A stretch of DNA of 64,000 nt from Cyanophora paradoxa CCMP329 (lineage: Eukaryota > Plantae > Glaucophyta): contig QPMI01000071.1 in NCBI GenBank assembly GCA_004431415.1, positions 310,001 to 374,000 of the forward strand, in the 5' to 3' direction. Made by a program: the position numbers and the translations under genes. Of the stretch, positions 41,201-53,200 are shown piece by piece (the first letter of the stretch is position 1; each line of letters opens with the position of its first letter). Below the pieces are notes generated by a model. It searched no databases. It was not told the DNA's origin and was given only the letters and a program-made list of their open reading frames with translations.

Positions 41201-44200
41201 GTATGGCGAAACCGGACGCGGCACGACCTGCAGAAATTCCGCCGGGCGCTCCAGGCGGAGGACGTTGAGAGGGCATTAAAAGAGAGGCTAGACAAGTTCA
41301 TGGACGGCCGCCAGCTCGGATCCTATATAGCCGCGGTGCTAGAAAAGCCGCGAAACCGCCCGATCATGCACATCACGCGTGTATCCAAGGACGGAAAAAC
41401 GTATGAAATCTACACGGAGCCTGAGGAAGTGAAACGACTCTTAAAAGAGCACTGGCGGAAATGGTGCCGACGCCGACGCCCACGCGTGGGCTGCACCCCA
41501 GAGACAATACCGGAAAGCGCGCTGAAGGATAGCATGGGGAAAGAACTCCTCGATTTCTGGAGGCTGGAATACGAGCCAAAAGAATACGCGGACCCTGAAC
41601 TATTCCGAAACGACATGACGGTGCCGAGCGAAGGCGAGCTTGGCGACTACATTAAAACGCTAAGAAACACGGCAGCCGGGCCGTCTAACTTCTCGTATGC
41701 TATGGTAAAGTTCCTATGGGCGCCGGTGCCCAAGCCGAAGCCCAAAGACGGTAAGGGCGACGAGGCCGGGGCCCAGCGCCGGAGGGCCCGAGCCCAGCCG
41801 ACGAGAGCGCCGAGGAGACCGCGGAAGAGGAGCCCGTACACTGGGGCCGGAAGCTGCTGCTCTCGCTGGTGGCTGAAGCGATCCGCCTCCGGGACCTACC
41901 GGATGCCGTGTGTCAGGGCAACATCCTCGGCATCACCAAGAGCCGGGAGTGGGACGGGGATATCGAAAATAACCTGCGACCAATCACCCTGCAGGAGGTG
42001 GCCCTGAAGCTGACCACTGGCCTCCTAAACGCGCGCCTGTCCCGGACAATCCATCAGAACGGGCTCCTGAAAGGGGCCAACTACGGCTTCAGACCTGGTT
42101 GCTCGACGGACGACGCCCTCCACGTCTTTAACGCAGTCCTCGAGGACGCGAAGGAGTTCAAGAAGCCCTGTACATCCTGCTGCAGGATATCAGGCGAGCG
42201 TACGACTCCGTCTCGTGGGAGAGCATGGAGCTCTCGATGCGGAGGCTGAACGTACCCGAGGGGTACATCGAGCTCCACAGGAACATATTCCGGCGCCGCA
42301 GGGCGCGGGCAATCTCCGGTCACGGCCTCTCCGACGAGTTCGAGCTCGAGTGCGGGCTGCCGCAGGGCGGCGTCGAGTCGCCGCTGCACTGGCTGATCTT
42401 CTACGATGCCCTCCTCTGCGCGCAAGAGCGCCTGGATCAGCACGAGCGCCAGCACGGAAAGAAGACGGCAAAGACGATAGAGCACTATGCCCACCCGAGA
42501 GCTGGGAGGAGCCGGGCACGGCGTACGTGATGGGAACCCGAGGGAGACCGATGCTGCGGAACGCGAGGGCCGGGCCCGCGTCAGCGGCGTGGCGTACGCC
42601 GACGACACGAAGTGGATGAGCGGAAGCATGCGGGGGCTGCAGGCCCAGGCCGACGTGGCCGGGGAGTTCTTCCGCCTGCACGATATCGAGGTCAACGCGC
42701 AGAAGACGATCTTCACGTGGAACAACGCACGTCGCGAGGTTGAGAGCAAACCTGGGGCCCACCCGCCGCGAAGAAGAAGGAGAAGGAGCCCTCCCCGCCG
42801 AAGATCAACGGTACCCCCGTCGGACTTGTCCGCCAGCCCCACGAGCACTTCAAGCTCCTCGGGGTATACATGAGCGCAAACCTGAACTGGGATCGTCAGT
42901 GGCAGTACATCTGCGATCAGGCGCGGGGCGCAGTCGCGCTGATAGAACGCAAGAAGCTCACCGCGAATGAGGCCTGCTACCTTGTCGAGGCCGTAGTACA
43001 GGCCCGCATCTCGTACGGCCTGAAGCTCATGACCCTGAGCGAGAGTCAGTGCCAGGAACTCGATCGCATTTGGATGCGGGTCGTCAAGCACCACGGGAAC
43101 CTCGCCGCCTCGACGACGAATTACGCGATCTGGAGCCACGGGGGGTACAGCCTCAAACGAACAGCCCACCTGCAAGCGGAGGCGCAAATCACAGAGGCTC
43201 AGATCCGGCTCTGCGCGCCCGAGGGCTCGCTGCTGGCCCGGGTTGTACGGCACCGGGTGCGCGCGCTGCAGGAGAAGCTTGGGGTGCCGCTGCTCCCGAC
43301 CGAGTTCCTAAACGCGCCCGTTGCCAGCGACCTCGCCCGCAGGAACTCTCTGGCGGCGATCATGCCGCAGATGCAGCGCCGTAAGTACCGGCTGATGTCG
43401 AATCACGCGCGCTACGCGGCGTTCCGCACCTTGCCCGGGGCGAAGCCTTGGCCTGACCCAGAGCGCCTCGACCGGCGCTACGTCGTTGCAATGCACATCC
43501 CAAGAGCCGTCTTCAGCGTTGCAGCCCCTGCCCTGTACGGGGCGGGCGTGACGACCATGGACGCGGTGACAGCAGCGGACGGCGAGACCCTGCGAACCTG
43601 GCAGGACCTGTACATGGGCGCGCCCAAGGGGACGCTGCAGAAGAGCGAGCCTGCGTGGTGGCGTGAGGTGGCGAACGCGCTCACGGTTGACGGGAAGAAG
43701 CTGCGGCACCCGATGCGGCGGGCGGGAGAGCGCGCGTCCGCCATGTCCTCGCTCCCCGGCGGGGCCCGGAAGGTGAAGTGGACGAAGGGCGCGTTCGTAG
43801 CCGTGTTTGAGGCGGAGCAGCTGCACGATGAATCTGCCGAGCCCCACGTGGGGCGAGTCGTTACGTTCAAGTCCGCGACGGGCAGCATACTAGCGTCGGA
43901 GTACCTGCTGGAGCACTGGGTGCCGGTGCCGAAGGGCGCGGACCCCGACGCGGAGAAAGAGGGACTCTACTGCCGGTGCGACGGTCACTGCCGGCACCCC
44001 GAAATAGAGGGGCGGACAAGCACGTACACGGCGGTGCAGGGGACCGGGAAGCAGTACTGGCACCATGACGAACGGTGCACGCGCAATGCCCCGTCGCGCT
44101 GCCCCGAAATGAGTCAGTGCGACGGCTCGTGGGCGCACGGGAAGGGCTGGTGGGAGGAGGAGGATACCCTCCTCGCCTTGGAAGGCGAACCAACGGAGGA

Positions 44201-46722
44201 GACGCCGGCGGTAGCGGCGGGACAGGAGACGATGTCGAAGCGCGGGCGCAAGCAGGTCGCCCTGCGACCGACCTTGGAGTACTACGACCCGGGCCTGCGC
44301 ACGCAAGACGACGAGAAGCGCAGGGCGCTGCTTCTCCAGGCCCGCGTGAAAGCCGTCCAAGATGGTGACGAGCGCTTCCTCCGTGAGCAGCTGAGCCCGG
44401 AGGCCGAGGCCGCGCTGCAGGCCGCGCTGGAAGTAGCTGCGGCGGCGGTGCCGGGCGCCGAGCCGCGGGACGAGGCACAACCTGTGTCCGACTCAGCAGA
44501 GCAAAGCGAGCTCTACTACGCGGGCGGAGCGCCGCGCCACTGGGACTCCCGGGCGGCGCAGGAAGGGGTCACCCTCACCGTTTACTGGCAGCACATGCTG
44601 GCAAATTGGGAGCAGATCGAAGAGGCGGAACTCGCGAAGCTCGGCCGTCGCCCGGGAAACTCGAGCAGTGGATATGGACGGACGGGAGCCTGAAGAAGGG
44701 TCAGACGGAAGGGGCGCACGCGGGCTTCGGCGTCGTGAGCCCGGCTGAGTTCCCGGACGGGACCGTGGCGAACCACCCGGAATGGGCAGGCACGTACGTT
44801 GGCAGGCTGCGCGGGCTTCAAGAGAACAACAAGGCTGAGCTCCAGGCTGCGATCGTCGCCGACGTGCTCGCGGCGCAGGGGGTGCGCCTGCACACGGACA
44901 GTCAGAACGTCTGCACGTGGTTCGATAAGTTCGTGCTGAATGCGCACGATATGCACATGCGAGACTACATCCGGAACACGTGCAGCGCGGAGCTGTATGC
45001 GTGGTCCAAGTTCCGCGCCCTGGTGATGGGACGGGATCGGCAGCGGCCGGCTGCGGTTATCAAGGTCAAGGCGCACAGCGACGAGGATATGCACGAGCTA
45101 AACGACGCCGCCGACAGAGCGGCCGATCAAGGCGCGCACCTGGAACAGGAGGAACTGGACGAGAACATCTTCCTGCCGCCCGAGTTCAGCATGCCGGCAG
45201 TGCTGACGATCGAGGGACCGACCGGGATAGTCAGGCGAGTCGAAGGCGACCCCCGGCGGCACGCCGCCGTCCTTCACGCGCACCACACGCACTTCGCGTG
45301 GACGAACCAGCTCAAGGCCGGGGAGTGGCTACGGCTGCCAGTGGACCATGGGGCCGTGTACGATCAGATGGCTATGGGGCCCCGCCGAGTCGGGGTGAGC
45401 CGGGAGAGCAACTGCTTCCGGGGTACGCACATGAAACTCGTGTTGGGTACGGTGGCGACGGCCCTCGTCCGCAAGCGAGACGCGCCCGAGCTCTACAGCG
45501 AAGTGAACCCGGCAGGACTCTGTGCGCTATGCAGCACGCGGGAAATCGATGGCGAAGGCCGGCCCCGGCTTGTGACTGGGCCCGAGGAGACGCTGGAGCA
45601 CGTCCTCACCTGCCCCAGCGCGGTGGCGACGGAGGCGCGCACCGCTGCGGAAGCACGCATCGCAGCGACGGTCAGCGAGGCCCTCGAAGGCGCGCAGAAG
45701 CGATCAGTGCCACACGCGCTCTCCAGATCCCTGAAGGTCACGAGAGTAAACGACCCGACACTCACGGCGGCTGAACGGCAGGCGCAGATGTGCGTGCTGC
45801 GGGGGCTGCCCCCGGCGGGCCTCACCGACATGGTCCGCGAGACGGTCACGGACGACAAGAAAGCTGCCCAGGTCGTGCGCAAGCTGGCGACGGCCATAGG
45901 CGAGCAGGCCCATAAGACGTGGGCCGCCAGATGCCAGGCGTACGCGGAGTGGGAGAAGGCGTGCGGGATCACGAAGGTCATGAAAGAACGTCGCGCCAAG
46001 GCGAAGCGCACTGGGGCGCGCGACCGCGAGGCTGATGCGCCGCCGGACGATACGGCTGGCAACGCTCGCAGGAAGCACGCGGATCCGGAGCCCCGGCAGC
46101 GGGAACGCTGCAGGGAGTGCGGTGCCCTCGAGTCCCGCCACCAGGGCGGGGAAACCCTAGCCCTCTCACACCTGAGCTGCCCGCCAGACGACTACGGCTG
46201 GGTCCGGGCTTCGGCGGCCATGCAAGTGTACGACCATACGAACAGGTATGCTTGGGGCGTGGGCACAAAGAGGGCGCGCCCGCGCTAGAGGGAGACACGG
46301 GGGGTTTGCTGTCTGGGGGCGGGGCCGGAGGACGCAACACCAACAACTGGAGGCGGCGGAGGCGACGGCAGGAGGCGGCCAGTAGCCCAATCTACTAGGG
46401 CTGGCGAGGAGCCTGGCACACGGCGCGGCGAGGCCCTTGGGCAGCGCTGGCGGCGGACGTACCATGATCGGGAGTCTTTTGTAGAGATAGGACCTCGTAG
46501 CCAGCAGTTTAGGTTAGTTTAGAAATCGATACAGCTAGCTTACACATCATTAGTATTAGGTGGAAACCTCTTTAGCTAGATATCCAGACACGAAACCTTC
46601 AAACCTTTCGTTCATTTTGTACTTCTAAAGCACAGCATACGACGGTCCTCGATAGTATCTAGTCGGAGAGATTTATTGGGCGATGTGAAACTCATTGTAG
46701 TTGTGTTGTGTGCTAATGCAAG
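38278..46722 (+). mobile_element. Apparently full-length non-LTR retrotransposon (~8.44 kb), single ORF: APE-RT-RNase H-Zn knuckle
   Basis: Flanked by the direct repeat AGTTGGAGGTTGGAGGCGAGGG at 38256-38277 and 46723-46744. Intronless polyprotein in an intron-dense genome. ~1-kb 5' region and ~430-bp 3' UTR. Confidence 0.9.
39316..46288 (+). CDS. Retrotransposon polyprotein (~2,326 aa if 8 single-base deletions are corrected): AP endonuclease, reverse transcriptase, Cys/His-rich insert, RNase H, two Zn-finger motifs
   Basis: APE: MTFNTRG, VAGVQEL, LLLGDWN, RIDAVLVS, SDHYP. RT: NLRPITL, NYGFRPG, QDIRRAYDSV, GLPQGGVESP, AYADD, FKLLGV. RNase H: WIWTDGS, NNKAELQA, HTDSQ, KVKAHS, NDAADRAA. Zn motifs: CALC..ETLEHVLTCP and CRECGALESRH..C. 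No in-frame stop occurs in the reconstructed frame. Confidence 0.9.
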
Positions 46723-46744
46723 AGTTGGAGGTTGGAGGCGAGGG
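46723..46744 (+). repeat. Right target-site duplication of the non-LTR element (the first 2 nt may belong to the element)
   Basis: agttggaggttggaggcgaggg, identical to 38256-38277. Confidence 0.88.
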
Positions 46745-47233
46745 AAGGAGGGGAGATCTAGAGGGGCGGGGGGTAGGGGGGGGTATAGGGGGTAGGGGGA
46801 CCGGAGGCCCCGGGCATGGAGGGGTACGGTTCTATAAAAAACCTTGAAATATTATGAATTTGCGTCGCCGGATCTCGGGGCCCGAGGCCGGCCGGCCCGT
46901 AAATAGCTAAATATAGCTAGGCATCCTTAAAGCTTCCGCATGATTGCGAGATTTATATAGTCTAGGGGCGGTGGATAAGGGGGGGGGGGGGGGGTAAGGA
47001 GTCATGATGAGGGTGGGGGGGGGGGGGGGGGGGGGGCAAGGGGTCATGATCAGGCCCTATAGCGAGGCCCTCAGGGCCTATAGCTAGCTATAGGAATCCG
47101 GGACCCCTCTTTCGGACCCCCCTACTAGCTATAGATAGGCTAGCCCCACCCTTCCTTCCGCATGCATATGATGCGAGATCGAGATTGCTGTGTGTCAAAA
47201 TGCTCGTTAAAACAAAAAGCTAGCTAGCTAATG

Positions 47234-50200
47234 CTAAACGTGAATCGCGGCGACCGCGGACCCCCGTCGCTGCCGGCCGGCGCCGGCGCCGCGATCCGGC
47301 CCGCGATCGCCGCTTCCGGACGACGACGATGTAGCGCTGGCAGAATTGCCTTGGCCATGCATGTGCATGCCAGCTGGCACGTGCATGGGTGGGGGCGGCA
47401 GAGGCGACCCCGAAAAGGGGGTTACGCCGGGGCCCCCGAGCGCGGCCACAGCCGACATCGACGTCGACGGAGCGGCGACGGAAGCAGAGCGCGGCCGCTG
47501 CAGCTGCTGTGGGCGATCGCCAGTGATCGCGACAGGAGCGAGGCTCTGCCGACGTACTGGCGGCGAGTTTGGTGCCCGCGGGGGCGGGGCAAGCAATTGT
47601 TGAGGGGGACCCGGGGCGCGCCCCGCGGCCGCGGCCAACGGGCGGGGGTGGCCGATCGATATCTGGACACTGCCGCGCCTCTGCTGCTGCTGCTGCTGCT
47701 GCTGCTGCGACTGTTGCTGCGGCCCCGCGGCCGTCGCAGGCAGCAGAAGCGAGGCGGAGCGCCGAGCGCGTGCCGCCGGGTACGTATACGGTTGGGGGCG
47801 CTGAAGCTGCGCCGGGTTCGAATCCGGGAGGACCCGGAGCACGACTCGGCGGTCGAAGCAGGCGCGGGAGAGCGCCGCGAGGGCGGCGCCCTCCGAATTC
47901 GAGTCGAATCGATGTCGCTTTGCGAGGAGAGCCTCGGTGGAGTCCGGATCCGTTGCGAATCCGGGCATTTCGAGCGCGTCGATCGCAGCGGCGGCGGACT
48001 GCAGCCCCGCTCGCACATCGGAGGGCAGTGCAGGCCCGGCCCCCCTCGAATTCGGCGCCGGGGGCGGCCGAAGCTCGACCCAGCACGGCCGGTGCTGACG
48101 CCGGTCGCCCTCCGGAGCCGGCGCGAGGTGCCGCAGCGCCGATAGGACGGATTGCAGGCAGACGTCCCGAGTCCACTCGAGCCTGCCCGATTTCGAGAAT
48201 GAACACTCAACGCAGATGGCAAAGCGTTTCTTAAAAACCAAGACAGAGCATCTAGATATAGACCTAGAGCATCTAGATATAGACCTAGGGGTCTAGAATA
48301 ATTCACGTTGACGGACCGGTCAGTGAGGCGGGGCGTCATTCCGGCCGTGGGGCGGTAGCGGTAGACCCTGCAGGCACGGGCCTCCGGCGGCCGCTCCTGC
48401 GCCGCCCCCCCGACGCGGTGCAGCTCGTGTACCACCGCGAGTTCGATGCTGCCGGAATCAAGCGCATCGAGCGCCTCCTCCTGCGCTTTCGCTTGCAATT
48501 GCGCCGGCAATGCCCTGAAGCAGGATAGTCGCTTGTAAATTATAACGAACACTTACGGCATCGTGCATCCATATTGACGCACCGTGGGGCGAGCCCGTCC
48601 CTGCTGACGAAGATCGTCACCAGCGGATCGCCCTCTCTCGGCGCGAGCTCGAGCCCCGGTCCCGATTCGAGGTCGATCACGACGGCTCGGGCGTTCGAAT
48701 TCGCGCTGCTCGCCATGGGACGCCGCTTCGCAACGTCGATCGCGCCACCAACGCTCACGCTGGCTTGCTTCGAATTAGAATTCTTGTGGTTCCAGTGCGC
48801 TGGCGCCGGCGGCGTCGGCGTCGACGTCGCCTCGTAGAAGACCCCTCCTTTCGCGCCCGGCTGTACATGTGATCGGGATCGGGATCGGGAGCCGCCGCGC
48901 CACCAGGCAGCGATCTTGGACCCGAGGAGACGCGTGTAGGCGGGAAGGTGCACGATGTGGTGCGCAACGATCTGCGTGCAGCGCGATCCATGATCAATTT
49001 ACTGTGCTTTACGAGCACATGCACATCGCAACGCGTCAACGTGTGTTGCATTGCGTTGTAATAAATCTCGAAGTTGATTTATCGATGCGAATTAAATGGG
49101 AGGCGCATCTCGCCGCGCGGCGTCGATCGCACCTCGAGCTTCTCGATGTAGTTGACGATTTGATCCAGGAACAGGACGCACGACGCGACAAGCGTCGTCA
49201 CGAGGAGCGCCGTCCCGACGTCCAGGCCCGTATCAGGCTGCAGATTTCGCGGTTCAAATCGAGTTCGCTTTTCATTCAATAAAAATCTTTCGCGCACATT
49301 GACCTCGGCGTAGATTACGATAAAGAAGGAGGCGATGCACTGGCCGACAGTGACGGTGGCCACGAAGTTGACCCAGTAGGAGACGTACGGGATTGCAACA
49401 ACGTAGACGCTGTTCTCGCGATCGAAACGAGACGCGGTCAGCAGTGCGAAATGACGCGAAACTAGATTTTCTCGGCGGGCTTATACGTAGATGTCGCACA
49501 TGATGGAAATGCAGTCGAGGGCGGCGGCGACGCAGAGCTGAATGAGCGCGTTTCTTCTGTAGGCACCCTCGTCGTAGAAGGTAGCATCCGGATCGGGAGC
49601 ATAGACCTGGCCGCGCATCAAAATCCTTCGACGCTGGCGCAGGAGATTTTGGAGTCATGCTGGTCGCACCCCGAGCAGGACGGCGGGAACGATCGCCTTG
49701 ACCATCTCGAGGGTCCCCAGCGTGAACATCAAGAACGTGTTTGTGTAATCCTGATTAGAATTCGCAATCAGAGATATCAATGCACGATGCAAATCATCGT
49801 ATAGATATAATTATACGGACGTTGTAGGCGTCCCTGTAGCCCGCTGCAAATGCCATGGCGGAGTCGCCCTTGTGCTTCTCTGGGCCCCAGCTGCCCTGGA
49901 TGCAGACCTCTTTAACCTGCAAAAGAACGTGAACACGGTGAGATATATAAGAATTATAATAGAACGAAACGCTGTTATTGTTCCATCAAATGAGGCCTAG
50001 GCACGCACCCATTCAACAGCTGCGCCGATGCGCGCGACGCAGCCCCGCCGTTTCTTGCTTCCAGCGTGGGGCTCCCTTGTCCTGCCAGCAGTCGGCGAAC
50101 ATGCCGGTCGCGAATGAGGCGCCGGCAGAATTTTCTAGAGCGCACTTCAATTCAGACTCCAACTTTTTGTCGTCGTCATCGATCGCAAGGTCGAACTCCT

Positions 50201-53200
50201 GGTCATGGCCTCGGTCTTTCTTGCCCTTGAATCTGCGCACAGGTGTATACAAGGTTTAAAGCCGGCTCAGCAGATCTCGAGCTCGTAATTGTAATATTAC
50301 CTCACAGAGGATTTCCAACGGATGTGCGACAGGAGCTGATACATGATGGCGATTGCCAAAAGACCGGAAACAACCAAGCTTGCAATGGCCAGCGCCCTAG
50401 ACGGAGAATGATGATGAGCAGAAGGGCTACTCATGCATATGATTCGCAAATTAAAGCGGGAGGGGGTTTGAGCAATCGAACCTCCAAGTTGTCGGGGCGA
50501 ATCGGCACACGCGGCCGCTCGACATGACAAGCGCCAACTGCACGATCGCGCGTTAGATCAGATACATTAGGTAGCATATTGTGGTTAATTGCATCCACAG
50601 CGCTAGCTATAGCGCACAAAGAACCAGTCGAACATCGCCAACTCGAGATCTGCGCGATTGCAATTTTAAATTTGAAATGTTCAGCCGCTATAGATAGAGC
50701 ATCAAAAACCGAGGGCGCTGGCGCACGCGGTATTGCAAGGCCTCCCGGCAGGTATCTGTACTTTCGCAGCTTGACCACCGCGATGCTGGCGAAGCGCAAG
50801 GTACGGTCACGATCCGTGCTACAGATTCGCGGCGCGAAAAACGCGCACAGGTACGCGACGACGTGAAAGACGGCCGCCGCTCCGATGAACACCCAGAAAT
50901 AAAAGGCAGCCGACTGCAGACGCGCGTGTCAATAAATGGTACGCGGCCGGAAACAGCCAATTCGCGATGCATATTGCACGATGACAAGCATTAAGACCGA
51001 CCTGGAAGTTTGCCACGGGGTCGGTGCCGCTGCCGGCGCCCTCGACACCGAGCAAAGCCATGAGCGCCTCAGGAGAAACGTCGAGGGACGAGGCGGCGTC
51101 GGAATCGCCCCCCGCAGACTCGTCCTGAAGCAGAAAACGGCGAGCGGCCGCGGCCAAAGCAGCTGTGGCCGCGGACGTCGACGTCGACGTGGGACCGGCG
51201 CGCGGCGCCGACGGGAGGCCCGCGAGGTACGAAGCTTCAACAGAGCCGGCGGCGGAGGGGTACGTATACGATCCCCCGGGGCCGGGGCCTGTCATCCACA
51301 GCTCGGAGGGCTGCGGCTGCTGAGCGGCCGACGGTGGCGTCCAGACCCCAGTCGTGTCGAAACCTGAACCCCCGCCGAATGTCGTGTCAGAACATCTTAT
51401 AAGTGATTATAACCTTATAAGCTTATATAAGCTTATATAAGCTTATAAGCACGCGCACCGGGGCCTTTAAAGCGCAGCATAAAGATGCCAAGGCCAGTGG
51501 CGTACGTCCTGTAGCTCGGCGGAATCTGCACGGATCGTTAACGTCAAGGGGGACGTCGACGTCGACGCGAACGAAAGATCTAGAGGCACAGCGCTCAATC
51601 GGAAGGATTGCTCGCCTTTGTGCTCGCGTACATCCCAAGCACCGCAGCGCTCTGGAGCTGCTTCATCAGAATCTGCGCGCAAAATATAAATCTATTAGAG
51701 CCCGCGTAGCACGGATTAAGTGGCGGGTTTCTTTCGGATCGGCACCTTGCTGGGCGCCGACAGCGACGGCGAGGAGGCAGAGGCGGGCATCGAGATGCCT
51801 GCGGCCTTGCTGAGGGCCGCGAGGACCCCGCCCGCCACCGCGCCCGCAACCGACAGCGCCATGAGCGTCGCTCCGATCGCCGTCACGGCCGACGCGGCGT
51901 TCTTGGCCGTCTCCGTCGAGACGCCGTCTTTCCCCTTGTAAAAGGTCGCTGCAGCTGTTGTCGTCGTTGCCGCTGCGCCGTCTCTGGGCGCTTCGACTTG
52001 CAGAACGGTCTCCGCCGTCGCAGACTGTCCCCGATCGTTGACGACCGTCACCTCGAACTTGAATTTCCCGAAGCCCGTCACGTTCACGGCGGCCGCCACG
52101 CTGGATCCCGCCATCCAGGCTCGGAGGGAGCGCACGGGCACGCCCGCCGTCTGCCGCCACGTAAAGGACGAGGCGAACCTTCGAGAATGGTCAGCATTAA
52201 ATCACGGGTTTTATATACGAAAGCTTCATGATCAAATTCAAGGTTTAATGAAGTCTTCCGCGCACCCTGCGGGGTCTGTGACTTTGGCGGAAAGTACGTG
52301 GCTCGACTCCGTGAGCCGCGACGCGACGGACAGTACCGTCGACGCGACGTCGATGACAGGCGGACCGGCCGCAGCTGACGTCGGCCCCGACGCAACTGTC
52401 GCAGCGGGCACCGGTACCGTCGCCACCCTCAGCTCCGCCGCGGTTGTCGAGGCGAGCCCCTGCGAATCTTAATTTTTAGAGAGAGCTAGCTGCAGATAGA
52501 ATTAATAGAGAATTAATCGCCTCGTTGTCCATGACGATGAGGGAAACAACACATGAGCCCTCGCCGCCGATGGAAACGGTGAACGTGGGCGACTCGGAAC
52601 CGGCGGGTGAAGCCTGGCACGCGGCCGGCGAGCCGGAGAGAGGACGGACGGCCCAAATGTACGCTTGCACCGCGCCGTCGACGTCGGCGGATAGCGAACG
52701 ACCGTCCAGAATCCCCGAGGAGCCGCGAAAAACGATACCCGATCCGTCGTCGGAGAGTCCGAAAGGCGCGACGGGCAGAATCGCGGCAACGGGCGGCCGG
52801 TTTTGCTGCCGCTGAGTGAGAAGCCAGGCGGAGAGAGAAACCGGCGTTCCAGTCAGGGCGGCGGAGAGCGGAGCCGGAGAGAAAGACATGGCGACGGAGG
52901 GAAGCGCGTCTGCTTCGGTCAGGTCCGACGCAGTCACGTTCACATCTGATTTCGTACAATAAGATCTCTCGAATTCGAATCGAAGGGCGCCGGCGTGCGT
53001 GCAGGGTCGCACTCAGAATAACGCTCCCGCGGCCCAAGGCGACGCCGCCGATGCGCCGTGCGGGCACGCCGAAGGCGGCGGACATCGCGTCGGTCAAGTT
53101 TGAGCGGAACGCGAGCGACGAGAGCCAGCGCTGAACGAAGGCGTCCTGTACACAGAAACGAATCGCAATATAATCAGAGGGGTTAAAGCGAGTTTAAGCT

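Noticed and set aside
39316-46288. Programmed ribosomal frameshifting, or a bacterial retron/group II intron/DGR-type RT system
   Set aside because: Eight shifts without slippery heptamers are implausible. An N-terminal APE, a TSD and the eukaryotic context identify a non-LTR retrotransposon.
51590-51640. In-frame stops suggesting a pseudogene or a non-standard genetic code in the TRP-like gene
   Set aside because: The stops fall inside a GC-AG intron (51526-51615). Its removal gives a sensible conserved motif.
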